Below, in pieces: positions 5,618 to 14,510 of a stretch of 16,667 nt of DNA; within the stretch, counting starts at the first letter, position 1, and the number at the start of each line of letters is the position of its first letter. The notes under the pieces are model-generated. The model saw nothing but the letters and a program-made list of their open reading frames with translations, was not told the DNA's origin and made no database searches. A program made the translations under genes and the position numbers. The stretch lies in IMG/VR virus record IMGVR_UViG_3300017978_000044, positions 1 through 16,667 of that record. One strand, given 5' to 3'. This DNA is from a virus.

Positions 5618-6123
5618 TATGCAACCAAGTTACCGATTAGGTAGTAAGTGCTGGAGCCGGCGAATACAACAGAAGCACCGCCGTATCGAGCTCCCATTTT
5701 GAGGTTGCTGGCAGCTGATCTAAGAGTTACTCCACCGGCTGCTGCAAAAGTAATCTGACCGGCTCCATCTTGAATAAAGTCAATTCGGTCACCTGGAGTT
5801 GTCAATACATTGGCAATAGTAATTGTGACTGCGCTTGAATTGGTTGTGACAACAGTTTTCCCTAGGTCTCCAGCAACTGTTGTGTAAGTAGTTCCAGATT
5901 GAGAGTTGATTCCCCCTGGCAGAAGGTCGAGCCATTGACTATTTTTGTAGTACTGATACTTGTTGCTGTCTTCCATCCAGGTGACTTGGCCCTCGATGGG
6001 GATAGGCAAAGAGGCCGTTCTAGCGGTTGAGTCTGCAAAAGAGATAACAACCTGGTTCATCAGGTAATCATTGACTTCTGATGCCGGTAAAGGATCGCCG
6101 TTTACAAAGACTTTATAGGACAT
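5617..6123 (-). CDS. Tail fibre / minor tail protein
   Basis: 168 aa. The N-terminal YKVFVNGDPLPASEVNDYLMNQ resembles the conserved f.dG..L.A..LN start of many phage fibre proteins. The rest is Gly/Thr/Ala-rich beta-type sequence. It lies between the baseplate-like protein and the propeller protein. Confidence 0.55.
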   Translation of the reverse strand: MSYKVFVNGDPLPASEVNDYLMNQVVISFADSTARTASLPIPIEGQVTWMEDSNKYQYYKNSQWLDLLPGGINSQSGTTYTTVAGDLGKTVVTTNSSAVTITIANVLTTPGDRIDFIQDGAGQITFAAAGGVTLRSAASNLKMGARYGGASVVFAGSSTYYLIGNLVA

Positions 6124-6126
6124 TTT

Positions 6127-7353
6127 TTATACTGCTCTCCATAATTCAAGGGTTGTTAACCAAGTGTTTACATCTATCGAGTGATTTACTTTGACGATGC
6201 TATAGTAACCTTCAATGCTTACATTGTCAGTATTATAGCTTACCCCAACGAGCATTCCAGGAATAAAGAACGCTGATTCGGTAATGTTGCCTTTCCGGTC
6301 AATTGCCGGAGTGGTTATAGTGTTTACCAGCTTTGTGCTGGTTTGAGCGAATACGGCATTGGCCCATCGCGTCAATTCTTCTGTGTCAATGACATCGATT
6401 ACCTGATCCAAAGAAGAGACGCCGTAAAGGTCTATTAGATCTTGGTCCTTGACAACGACTGGAGAACCGCCTCCAGTCTTCCGAGTAACGCTCAAGGAGT
6501 TGAAGATTCTATCTGCATCGGACTTTACATTTATTTCGCTCATGCAAAGATGATTGGGCTCTCCATGATTGTTGCCAATAGTAAAAGTGTCTTCTGAAGC
6601 TGATGCAGCCGATGGCCTTGGGACAATAGTCAGCCTTTCGGTAATCGGGTCTATCCATACAATTGCAAGTCCAACATCAATGGCCTCATTCATGAGCTCG
6701 GCAGGAATTACATTGGTCAAAGTCACCTTTGGAATCTTTCCCTCTACAGGCAGGGAGAATGGAGACAATAGTGATCCAAGGGAATCAGCAACTTCTCGGA
6801 ATACCTCGTAAGGAGTTGCATAGTCGGTCAGCAGAATGTTTGTGTCAAAGGATGCAAGCCTATTGTTTACAATGCTCTTGTATAGGTCAAAGGCATTTAT
6901 TGTTATTAGGTTTAGACCGGATGTGTAGTAAGTGACATCAATGGTATCTATGTACCCAATAAACAAAACCCTAGAGATGTCCGAAGTTTGAATTGATGCT
7001 CGAATCTTTGTGCTGGCCCTAATGTTTGAATTGTTATTAGGGTCAAAGGTTGAGCTCTGAATCACAAAGTTTGCTGTTCCTGGCTCTGGCTCAAAAGTAG
7101 CTGCGTTTTGAACGGAGCCACCTATGGAGATTTGAGCCTTAGCTGTCTCACACTCGATGCTTTGCCAGGCGAATGACCGGCCACTATCGCTTAAAACATC
7201 TGTGCTGCCCAATAGAGATTCTCCAAGGCGAAAGATGGATCCACTACCAAGAACATCTGGACCTCCAAGCAAGCTAATGCCTAGCGTAAAGAGTCCATCT
7301 TGAGGGAGAAGAAGCTCAATCTTTAGGTTCTGGCTTATGTCGAAGTTGCTCAT
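6127..7353 (-). CDS. Minor tail protein (distal-tail / baseplate-hub position)
   Basis: 408 aa, ATGA-coupled to the tape measure stop, which is the position normally taken by Dit/Tal-type proteins. It contains a 19-aa tandem duplication near the N-terminus. The assignment rests on synteny only. Confidence 0.5.
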   Translation of the reverse strand: MSNFDISQNLKIELLLPQDGLFTLGISLLGGPDVLGSGSIFRLGESLLGSTDVLSDSGRSFAWQSIECETAKAQISIGGSVQNAATFEPEPGTANFVIQSSTFDPNNNSNIRASTKIRASIQTSDISRVLFIGYIDTIDVTYYTSGLNLITINAFDLYKSIVNNRLASFDTNILLTDYATPYEVFREVADSLGSLLSPFSLPVEGKIPKVTLTNVIPAELMNEAIDVGLAIVWIDPITERLTIVPRPSAASASEDTFTIGNNHGEPNHLCMSEINVKSDADRIFNSLSVTRKTGGGSPVVVKDQDLIDLYGVSSLDQVIDVIDTEELTRWANAVFAQTSTKLVNTITTPAIDRKGNITESAFFIPGMLVGVSYNTDNVSIEGYYSIVKVNHSIDVNTWLTTLELWRAV

Positions 7354-8534
7354 CGAATCAGGTTAGTTCCGCTTGCTCTATTGGCTCTGTTAAGCTTGTC
7401 TGCTATTTCCTGTGCTGTAATGTTTGACCGGTTGATGTTGATGGTCACATTTTGATTTGAAGTTGATTGCTCTGGGGTTGAGATTCTGCCAGGAATAACA
7501 TTTTCAGGGGCATCGTAGCCAGCAAGTTCAGCCAATCCAGCCGAAATCCCTTTAACTAATTTTGAAAATGCATTGAAAATTGGAAAAGCTTTTCCAAATG
7601 TTTGAACAATTAGATCTACTGTAGTGACAATTCCATCAAGGATTTGCGCCAAGATTGTAAAGAATTGGATAAAACCATTAGCCTCGGGTGAGCTAGTTAT
7701 CCCAAATAAACTAGCAAGCGATTTACCTAGACTCCTTAGCGACTCCTCTAAATTACCAAATGCTTCTTTTACTTCTGGAGAATCAAACGCGCCAGTTATG
7801 GCGTTGAAGAATCCTTCAATACCGGGAAGAACAGTAAGGAACCAGTCTGAAAACTTTACAAGCAGAGGTAGAAGTGTTTTTCCAACAGATTCAGAGATTT
7901 CCCCAAATGCTACTTTGAGTTTTTGGTAGGGGTCCAATTCAGCAGCTTTTTCTGCGCTTCCTGCGAACAGTTTTTCTAATTCGGCAAGTGGATCGGATGC
8001 ACCCTTGATTGCAGGAGCAAGCCTTTCAAGTGCGCCGGTAGTTCCCTCTGGACCAACAGCCCTGGATAATGCATTTACAACAGTATCTAAGCTTTTTCCA
8101 GTTCCTGCTGCAACATCCAAAGCCAAAGACATAAGTTGTGTTGATTGGTCAACATCGCCAGTTGCTCTTGCTAACTTTGCAAATGCAGGTCTTAGGTCAT
8201 CATCAGCAACTGCAGCTTGTTCTGAAAGTTTCTTGATTGACTTTTCAACCGAAGCAATTTGTGCATCATTAGCTCCGGTGGTATTTACTAAAGCGGTTGC
8301 CAATAGGCCTTGGCTTTTAGAATCTTCAACTGCAGCCTTGCTAGCTTGTTGTAGCTCTCTTGCAATAAATGCAAAAGATAAACCAATACCGATTGCCCCA
8401 AAAGCCTTATTGATGCCTGAGCTAATCTTAGATGCAGTTCCTTGAAGACCTGTAAGCTGTTTGCTCGCACCCTGAGTCGCTGCGGTTAGCTTCTTAAACT
8501 CACCGAGGATTTCTACATTGAGGACTAGGCTCAT
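7350..8534 (-). CDS. Tape measure protein
   Basis: 394 aa, Ala/Gly/Leu/Ser-rich and helical, with a hydrophobic segment AFGAIGIGLSFAFIA. It lies immediately after the G/GT chaperone pair, and its ATG overlaps the stop of the frameshifted GT product (ATGA). Confidence 0.8.
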   Translation of the reverse strand: MSLVLNVEILGEFKKLTAATQGASKQLTGLQGTASKISSGINKAFGAIGIGLSFAFIARELQQASKAAVEDSKSQGLLATALVNTTGANDAQIASVEKSIKKLSEQAAVADDDLRPAFAKLARATGDVDQSTQLMSLALDVAAGTGKSLDTVVNALSRAVGPEGTTGALERLAPAIKGASDPLAELEKLFAGSAEKAAELDPYQKLKVAFGEISESVGKTLLPLLVKFSDWFLTVLPGIEGFFNAITGAFDSPEVKEAFGNLEESLRSLGKSLASLFGITSSPEANGFIQFFTILAQILDGIVTTVDLIVQTFGKAFPIFNAFSKLVKGISAGLAELAGYDAPENVIPGRISTPEQSTSNQNVTININRSNITAQEIADKLNRANRASGTNLIR

Positions 8535-8901
8535 TGTTCAATACCATCTTCCGAAACTTTTAGGAAGGCCGCGAACTCCACCATCGTCAGAGCTTTATAC
8601 TCAGATGGGCTCATGTTGAACGCTTGGCAAAAGCCAGCCATTCTTCGGGCCGCTTGCTTCCTTATTCTTTTTTTGTTTCATCACCCTGAACCATAGCTAG
8701 TGCCTGGCTAAGTGTGAACTTGCTTGCTTCTTCCATCGTGAACTTAGGGTTGTCCCTTTTCATCACGATCCAGATGAAGCTCTTTAGTGCCTTGCCCTTT
8801 GGCTTGCCATTACCAAAAGCTTGGTCAATGCTTTCGCCGGTCAGGTTCTCGATGATTTCTACTTCTTCGAGGGTCAAACTTTCAAAGTCAAACATACTCA
8901 T
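8531..8901 (-). CDS. Tail assembly chaperone, GT-like (-1 frameshift product)
   Basis: After a -1 slip on A AAA AAA the new frame stays open for 45 codons (RIRKQAARRMAGFCQAFNMSPSEYKALTMVEFAAFLKVSEDGIEQ). It stops at TGA 8533..8531, which overlaps the tape measure ATG. This explains the otherwise uncoded 127-nt gap at 8535..8661. Confidence 0.7.
8662..8901 (-). CDS. Tail assembly chaperone, G-like (zero-frame product)
   Basis: 79 aa, acidic, between the tail tube region and the tape measure. It ends ...GDETKKE, with the slippery run in its last codons. Confidence 0.75.
   Translation of the reverse strand: MSMFDFESLTLEEVEIIENLTGESIDQAFGNGKPKGKALKSFIWIVMKRDNPKFTMEEASKFTLSQALAMVQGDETKKE
8668..8674 (-). 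promoter_or_regulatory. Programmed -1 ribosomal frameshift slippery heptamer A AAA AAA
   Basis: Seven consecutive T on the plus strand (8668..8674) give ACA AAA AAA GAA TAA in the G frame. Confidence 0.7.
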
Positions 8902-9299
8902 TCTGTGGGTATTCCTTTCGTGGATTGTTTAGCTATAAGTGTATCCAAAGTTCTGTAATAGTTCTGGTAGACCTCATCGCGAGTAATGCCCAAAGCCTTG
9001 ATGAAGAATGGCTGTGGCTTTATGTTGCGCTTGAACCAGCCCCAATGAATAGGGTTGGCATAAGGAACGGATCTATTGTTTCCAGCACTTACAGAGACTC
9101 TGTTTAGAGCTTTGCTAACTCTAATGCTATTGCGGAGAGCTCCAGAGCGTACCGGCGCAAGTGCTCTTGCTTCGTTAGCTACTAGGTCTCCAGCCTGGGA
9201 GCCGGCTGCCTTTATCTCAGCAGCCGGAACTCCGATGGCCTGTAATGCTTTTATAGCCTGCCTGAGACCTGCAACTTTGATGCCTGCAGGTTCAGCCAT
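8898..9299 (-). CDS. HK97 gp10-like head-tail joining / tail completion protein
   Basis: 133 aa. LAPVRSGALRNSIRVSKALNRVSVSAGNNRSVPYANPIHWG ... PQPFFIKAL fits the HK97-gp10-like pattern (P..tG.Lr.SI ... v..g ... YA...e.G ... pqpF...A). Confidence 0.7.
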   Translation of the reverse strand: MAEPAGIKVAGLRQAIKALQAIGVPAAEIKAAGSQAGDLVANEARALAPVRSGALRNSIRVSKALNRVSVSAGNNRSVPYANPIHWGWFKRNIKPQPFFIKALGITRDEVYQNYYRTLDTLIAKQSTKGIPTE

Positions 9300-9301
9300 G
9301 A

Positions 9302-9739
9302 CTAAGCTACTTGGATCTCTACGCCGTAATACTGGTTCGCAGCTGGGTCGTGAGGAGTGTTCTTTACCTCAAGAGTCACAGAGAATACTGCGGTCTCGTT
9401 GCTTACTAGAGCTAGAGGAGGAAGCTCGTTGAAGACAACAGTTCCCTCGTAGTGAGGAGCGTCAGCAGTTGGAGTGGAGTTGCCCTGTGGCTGAATTGAG
9501 AAGCCAACCTCGGTACCGAAGTTATCCCAAAGGATGCGGTAAAGGCTGGTGTCCTCGCCTGAGACGATTCCATCGAGCTGTAGTGACCATTGGCCACCGA
9601 CTCTAACTTCGCAGAAGGTCTGGACATCGCCAGGGGCGTCATCGAGGGTTAGCTGAACTAGGTTAGCGTCACACGCGTAATCAGTTCCGCCAATCTTGAA
9701 CTTGATGTTTTGAGCTTTGATTCTTGTTGAAGCGGCCAT
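9302..9739 (-). CDS. Major tail (tube) protein candidate
   Basis: 145 aa, with a good GAAAGG SD 6 nt upstream and beta-rich sequence. It is the only unassigned structural gene of suitable size upstream of the chaperones. Assigned by synteny and composition only. Confidence 0.55.
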   Translation of the reverse strand: MAASTRIKAQNIKFKIGGTDYACDANLVQLTLDDAPGDVQTFCEVRVGGQWSLQLDGIVSGEDTSLYRILWDNFGTEVGFSIQPQGNSTPTADAPHYEGTVVFNELPPLALVSNETAVFSVTLEVKNTPHDPAANQYYGVEIQVA

Positions 9740-9750
9740 GAGCTGCCTTT

Positions 9751-10119
9751 CTAAAGTGTGATGTTCAATTGAACATAGATGTTTGCTGAAAGATACTCAG
9801 CGTTGTTGGTCTGTAGGTTGTAAGGCTGATTGACAGATGTAATGCGTGCATAGGCCAAAGGCTCAATGGCTCCGAGAGTGTCCTCAATCAATTGATCCAG
9901 GCTTTCGGTTGCCTTCTTGTTTGTTGCAGTTGAAGCTACAAGAACAAGCTCGAGGCCCAAGTTCCATTCACCGAACTCAGCTGTTGACAGATACGGGGAA
10001 GCTGCATTGATCAAGATAATTGGAGGAGTGATTCGCTCTGGGATGTATTCCAAAACATTCAAACCTGCATCAGCTAGTTCGAGTTTGAACTCAACCTTAG
10101 CTGCGGTTATCTCGCTCAT
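9751..10119 (-). CDS. Neck protein, tail-terminator-like
   Basis: 122 aa, ATGA-coupled to the adaptor gene. The pattern VLEYIPERITPPIILINAASP ... LELVLVAS ... LDQLIEDTLGAI resembles small tail terminator / tail completion proteins. This is a weak by-eye call. Confidence 0.4.
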   Translation of the reverse strand: MSEITAAKVEFKLELADAGLNVLEYIPERITPPIILINAASPYLSTAEFGEWNLGLELVLVASTATNKKATESLDQLIEDTLGAIEPLAYARITSVNQPYNLQTNNAEYLSANIYVQLNITL

Positions 10120-10415
10120 ACTGCATAGCCCGTATAAGGCATCAGTAGAGGGTAAACGGCATTCAATGGGTCCTTTGCAACTCGGATAGGTGAACCATCC
10201 ATGCTTGCAAATTGAGCCACTCCATTAGGAGCGGAGCGACGATGGAAGAGTTCAGACGAGGCAATTAGGGTTGCCTGGTCGTGAACTGATACCGGTACAG
10301 TCTTGGTTCCGATGTATCGGGTTACCAAGGCATGACCGGCGGTCAGGCACTCCTGTGGGAACTCAGTTTCCTCAGTTCCTACATACGCCTGAAACTCTGC
10401 CAAAGTCACTGCCAT
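10116..10415 (-). CDS. Head-tail adaptor (gp6-like connector)
   Basis: 99 aa, directly after the capsid gene. The N-terminal VTLAEFQAYVGTEETEF...LTAGHALVTRYIG resembles the gp6-like head-tail connector family. Confidence 0.55.
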   Translation of the reverse strand: MAVTLAEFQAYVGTEETEFPQECLTAGHALVTRYIGTKTVPVSVHDQATLIASSELFHRRSAPNGVAQFASMDGSPIRVAKDPLNAVYPLLMPYTGYAV

Positions 10416-10428
10416 GTTTATTGTCCTA

Positions 10429-11964
10429 TTACGCTACTACATCTAGCTCGACGATTGCGCCTGCGAACGGAACGGTGATAGCCATGTATCCGTAAACGCT
10501 GATGCTGTCAGTCAAGGTAGTGATGTCATCGGCTGCAAGTCTCACAGGAGCTCCAGCAGACTCTAGAGTCTGGATGGCTGCGCTGTTAGCAACATAAGCC
10601 TTGTTGACATTCATAGCTGGGTCAACCACGATTGGAAGTCCCATTAGAGATCCAGATAGACCTGGGATGTTAGCTGAACCTAGGTTGTTTACACCAGCTC
10701 CGTCAACTAGAACTACCGGACGGCCGTCTTCACCAGCAACGCGAAGCAAGAACTTGTAAGCAGCGGTTCCAACAACGATTGCCTCTGGGCGTAGACCGGT
10801 GTTGCGGTAGATGTAAGTTGAAGCATCTGCAAGACCAGCGATTAGAGCATCTGAGGTTCCAGCTGATACATCGAATACCTTACCGGTGTAGGAAAGGCCC
10901 TGGATCTTAGAGATAACTGCAGCGTTAGTAGCGTTAGCGTAAGCAATAGATAGAGCGCGTAGAGCGGTGTCTAGGTAGTTTACAGATGAACGCTCGATGG
11001 TCTGCTTGCTCATTGAGGTGTATCCACCGTAAGTGATTACATCAGCAGAAGTAGATCCGATGGTTAGGTTACCGAAGGATAGTTCTTCGTTCTCTGGGTC
11101 CTGAACTCCAACAGTTAGAGTGTTTGCGGTGACCTGAGCATACTCAACAGTTAGTCCGTTAGCTGGAAGAGCTGCACGAGAGAATACTGATAGAGCTGGG
11201 CGGTTGTTGTCGATTAGGTTGTCGATGTAGCCCAACCAACCTGGTAGAGCAACTGTGTCAGCTGAAGTGCTTGCGTCACGAGTTAGCTGAATAGCGTCAG
11301 CGTCACCCTTTGCAAGAGCCTTAGCAAACTCACCCTGTGAGCGGAACTTGTGTGATGCGGATACTGCGGTCTCGACTGTTTTGCCTGCTTCGATGACTCG
11401 GCGCAATTCTGCAACCTCATCCTGAACGGAGCGAACATCGAGTTCAATGTTTTCTGACATTGTTTCACTTTCTGTTTCGATAGGAGTCTCATCAGCTGGC
11501 TCGACCTCTTCAGGCTCTGCTTCGCTGCGGACTTCGGTTATTTTTGCGCCTTCAAAGGCAGGGAACGGAACTACTGAAACCTCTTTGAGGTCTACTAGCT
11601 CCCTAACAATCGTTTGGCCTTCTTTACGATCTACAACCGGAAAGAAACCAACCGAAAAGCGGTTCAGAACATCGTCCTGAAGTAATGTGTAAACTTCGTT
11701 GCCTCGAGGAGTGTCTGAGATTCGGGCAACAATCTCGTATCCTTCTGGGGTATCTCTACCAGAGATGACTTTGCCAATTGGCTCTTCGTGACCATAGAAA
11801 AGTTTTACATCTTCCACGCCGTCAATAGCTCCTGGCTCAAAACGCTCTCTCATGTTGCCCATGAGTTCAATCTCTTGTCCATAAGGGACAGCTAGTCCGA
11901 CAATCGTTCTTTCTTCAAGAGTGTCTAGTCGAGCTTCAAACTCGCGTGTAATCATTTCAGACAT
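10429..11964 (-). CDS. Prohead protease (HK97/S78-like) fused in frame to an HK97-fold major capsid protein
   Basis: 511 aa. Residues 1 to about 145 carry protease motifs (LFYGHEEPIGKV, NRFSVGFFPV, EVSVVPFPAFEGA). Residues about 146-168 form an acidic linker (SEAEPEEVEPADETPIETESE). A coiled delta-like segment follows (ENIELDVRSVQDEVAELRRVIEAGK), and then a capsid-like domain runs to the C-terminus. There is no stop codon between the domains, and no separate protease, scaffold or capsid gene elsewhere. Confidence 0.8.
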   Translation of the reverse strand: MSEMITREFEARLDTLEERTIVGLAVPYGQEIELMGNMRERFEPGAIDGVEDVKLFYGHEEPIGKVISGRDTPEGYEIVARISDTPRGNEVYTLLQDDVLNRFSVGFFPVVDRKEGQTIVRELVDLKEVSVVPFPAFEGAKITEVRSEAEPEEVEPADETPIETESETMSENIELDVRSVQDEVAELRRVIEAGKTVETAVSASHKFRSQGEFAKALAKGDADAIQLTRDASTSADTVALPGWLGYIDNLIDNNRPALSVFSRAALPANGLTVEYAQVTANTLTVGVQDPENEELSFGNLTIGSTSADVITYGGYTSMSKQTIERSSVNYLDTALRALSIAYANATNAAVISKIQGLSYTGKVFDVSAGTSDALIAGLADASTYIYRNTGLRPEAIVVGTAAYKFLLRVAGEDGRPVVLVDGAGVNNLGSANIPGLSGSLMGLPIVVDPAMNVNKAYVANSAAIQTLESAGAPVRLAADDITTLTDSISVYGYMAITVPFAGAIVELDVVA

Positions 11965-13045
11965 TTAGTCCTTCTTTCGTTCTTACTTCTTCAGCAGTCA
12001 AGATTCCAGCTTCAATTGCAACCTTGTAGTAGTTGTAGCGTGCTGCGACATCTGCCTTGAATAGGTGCTCGAAGTCGAACTCGACTCTGTTGCCTCTAGG
12101 TAGACAGTTGCTTAGAGCGTCTGTGATTGCGTCTGTGTAAGCCATTAGTGTGTGGCGGTAGAACACCTGGTTCTCATCCTGCAAGTTCGTGTAAGTGTCA
12201 GAAGCTCCAGGAACGGAAGTCAAAAGAAGTCGAGCTGGTACACCGAATAGCCTGGCTACTGCCTGAACCTGCTGGTCCTGAACTTCGGTGAATAGAGCAT
12301 CCTTTGGAGATAGTGCAATCGCCTGGTACTCGAAGCCGTTGCCTAGAACTGCAATCTGGCGGTTCTGTTGCTTGTTGTGCCAGTTGTTTGTGACTAGATC
12401 AGCATCTTCTTTGTTTAGCATGGCGTTGGTCTTTAGAACACCGGTTGGAACTCCAGCTGCGGTGAACCAGTTGCCTGCGTAGTCTCTTAGATCAATGGCT
12501 GCGCTAATGTCCTTACGGCAGGACTCAATCGGGCTAACGCCTTTCAAAACTCCAGCTTTGCTGAAGATTCTTAGGTGCTCAATCTCGCGCTTGGTGTAGC
12601 GCTTGCCCATGTAGTCATAAACGATTACAGAGTAGTCAATAGTTCCATCGGATAGCTTTGGGTAGCTTGGCTGAACTGCGCTTGCTGGAAGAATAGTTAG
12701 GTTGTTGACCTGTCCGTTAGATCCATAGTTCTTTAGCCAGTAGGAGTTTCCCTCGAGGGCCAAGTCGGTGACAGTCTGAAATAGGAAGTCTCTGCGGTTC
12801 TGGTCAATGCTTGGGTTGTTTACTAGAACTGGGTTCTCAACCTTGAGCTCGATGCCAGTAGCGAATCGGTAAGTGTCAATGCTCATCTTGCTAATTGGAG
12901 TAGCGATGATCTGAACGGCCCGGTAAACAGCTGTCAAAGATAGAGCTGTGTTAGGAGTCACTAAAGCCTGAGACCTGGTTGGGATGGTCGGCTGAACTGC
13001 ACGCTTCTCGGGTCTGCCCAAGATTCTGTCAAGTAGGGATGCCAT
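11957..13045 (-). CDS. Portal protein (HK97-family-like)
   Basis: 362 aa, between the large terminase and the protease-capsid gene. Segments such as NSYWLKNY and ARLFGVPARLLL resemble the Phage_portal family. It overlaps the protease start by 8 nt. Confidence 0.8.
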   Translation of the reverse strand: MASLLDRILGRPEKRAVQPTIPTRSQALVTPNTALSLTAVYRAVQIIATPISKMSIDTYRFATGIELKVENPVLVNNPSIDQNRRDFLFQTVTDLALEGNSYWLKNYGSNGQVNNLTILPASAVQPSYPKLSDGTIDYSVIVYDYMGKRYTKREIEHLRIFSKAGVLKGVSPIESCRKDISAAIDLRDYAGNWFTAAGVPTGVLKTNAMLNKEDADLVTNNWHNKQQNRQIAVLGNGFEYQAIALSPKDALFTEVQDQQVQAVARLFGVPARLLLTSVPGASDTYTNLQDENQVFYRHTLMAYTDAITDALSNCLPRGNRVEFDFEHLFKADVAARYNYYKVAIEAGILTAEEVRTKEGLNV

Positions 13046-13073
13046 AAGTAGTTCTTATGGTAGCACAAAACTG

Positions 13074-14510
13074 CTAGAATACTCCGACTGTTGCGTGTTG
13101 CGCTCTTGATGAAACATACAGCGCCATGAGTGTTGCCATGAGTGCGTCAATGTCTCCCAAAGATTCTTTACGGCTAATGAACCAAGATTCTCCGACTTGC
13201 TTGGAGACCCCGTTAGGCATTTGAACGACGAGGAGGGGATCGTTGTTATGCCTAACGAGGCCGTTGCCAAACATAGCATAGACAGCCGAGCACATTGAGG
13301 AGACTTCTTTAGCCCATAGTTGCCAGACCGGTAAGCCAGAGAGTTTTAGTCTCTTGCCTAAGTTAGGTAGCTGGCGATCATCCAATGCTATCGCTCGCGG
13401 ACTGAACTTGCTAAACAAGTTGGTTAGCTCATTGAAGAGCTGGTCCTCGGTTGGGTTTACTAGCGACATCACTAGCTCCGTCTCTTGAACTCCATCTTGA
13501 GTGTTAGCAATTGCGATTGTAGCGTGAGTCCAGTTCTTTGTAATGTCTACGGCAAAAACGGCGTTTTGAGTATTGGTGACTCCTCGACCACTTGCAGCTC
13601 TAAACAAGTTGCCAGGCAACCAGGAGTTAGTGGATCCAGCGATGAATTGATTGAGTCGGTATCTGCGAGCTTCATGTTCTGGAATTGTTTTTAGGTCAGA
13701 GATAACTTGCTCGAGAGGGATGCGACCTGCAGCAACAGAAGGGTTGGCTGCCATGATTGCCTTTGGGTCATCTACTGCAGCGTTGTCCGGTGCGGTCCAA
13801 AGGAAGAAGCCAAAGCGTTCTAGGTCTTCCGCTCCTGCCGAGGCAGAAGTCCCCGACTTGTAGAGGTCAATAAGCGTCTTTGAGTTTTGGTCACCGGCGG
13901 TTGTAATGCCAACAACAATTCCGTCTTTCCGTTGCGATGTTCCGAGAATGGCAGCTGTCCACATTCCTTCCTTTGCAAGATGAAGCTCATCGAACAAACA
14001 AAATGAGATTGGTATTCCCTGGAGGGCTGCCTCCTTCGCTGCTTTGACATCGTATCTTCCTCCTCCATCGGCGGTCACAATTCCTCGGGTCTCAGTAGCT
14101 CTTTTGAATCGCTTTTTGAGGAATGGGTTTGAGTTGATTACATAGAGCACTCTGTTATAGACGATGTTCGCCTGATCCGTAGAGCTTGCCAGGCTAATAC
14201 ATTGAGGCCCGACTTCGTGAAGCAATAGGCCATAGAGTCCGAGCATCGCGGCTATAAGGCTCTTTCCGTTCTGCCTTCCAACGCTTATGACTACCTGGCG
14301 ATAGCGAAGCCTGCCTGGGTAAGTTGGGTGGTCATCGGGGTATCGCTCGAGGATGGCCCTGAGTAGCCACTTCTGCCATTCATCCAGCTGTAGGCCATCA
14401 GGGTTCTCTGGTGACTTCCAAGCTATCTCTGCAAACTCGATGAGCTTATCTCCATCGGTCACAAAGTCCTTGGAGAGAGGCTGGGTGTAAAGCGTGGGCA
14501 ACTGGAGCAT
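13074..14510 (-). CDS. terL: Terminase large subunit
   Basis: 478 aa. It has Walker A VGRQNGKS, Walker B FCLFDELH and a C-terminal nuclease-type half. The ATG overlaps the small-subunit stop (TAATG). Confidence 0.9.
   Translation of the reverse strand: MLQLPTLYTQPLSKDFVTDGDKLIEFAEIAWKSPENPDGLQLDEWQKWLLRAILERYPDDHPTYPGRLRYRQVVISVGRQNGKSLIAAMLGLYGLLLHEVGPQCISLASSTDQANIVYNRVLYVINSNPFLKKRFKRATETRGIVTADGGGRYDVKAAKEAALQGIPISFCLFDELHLAKEGMWTAAILGTSQRKDGIVVGITTAGDQNSKTLIDLYKSGTSASAGAEDLERFGFFLWTAPDNAAVDDPKAIMAANPSVAAGRIPLEQVISDLKTIPEHEARRYRLNQFIAGSTNSWLPGNLFRAASGRGVTNTQNAVFAVDITKNWTHATIAIANTQDGVQETELVMSLVNPTEDQLFNELTNLFSKFSPRAIALDDRQLPNLGKRLKLSGLPVWQLWAKEVSSMCSAVYAMFGNGLVRHNNDPLLVVQMPNGVSKQVGESWFISRKESLGDIDALMATLMALYVSSRAQHATVGVF

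Noticed and set aside
8005-8445. 146-aa plus-strand ORF, along with other plus-strand ORFs such as 7624-7929, 9076-9432 and 9917-10189.
   Set aside because: All are antisense to well-supported structural genes. They lack ribosome-binding sites and look like the long open antisense frames expected opposite Ala/Gly/Ser-rich genes.
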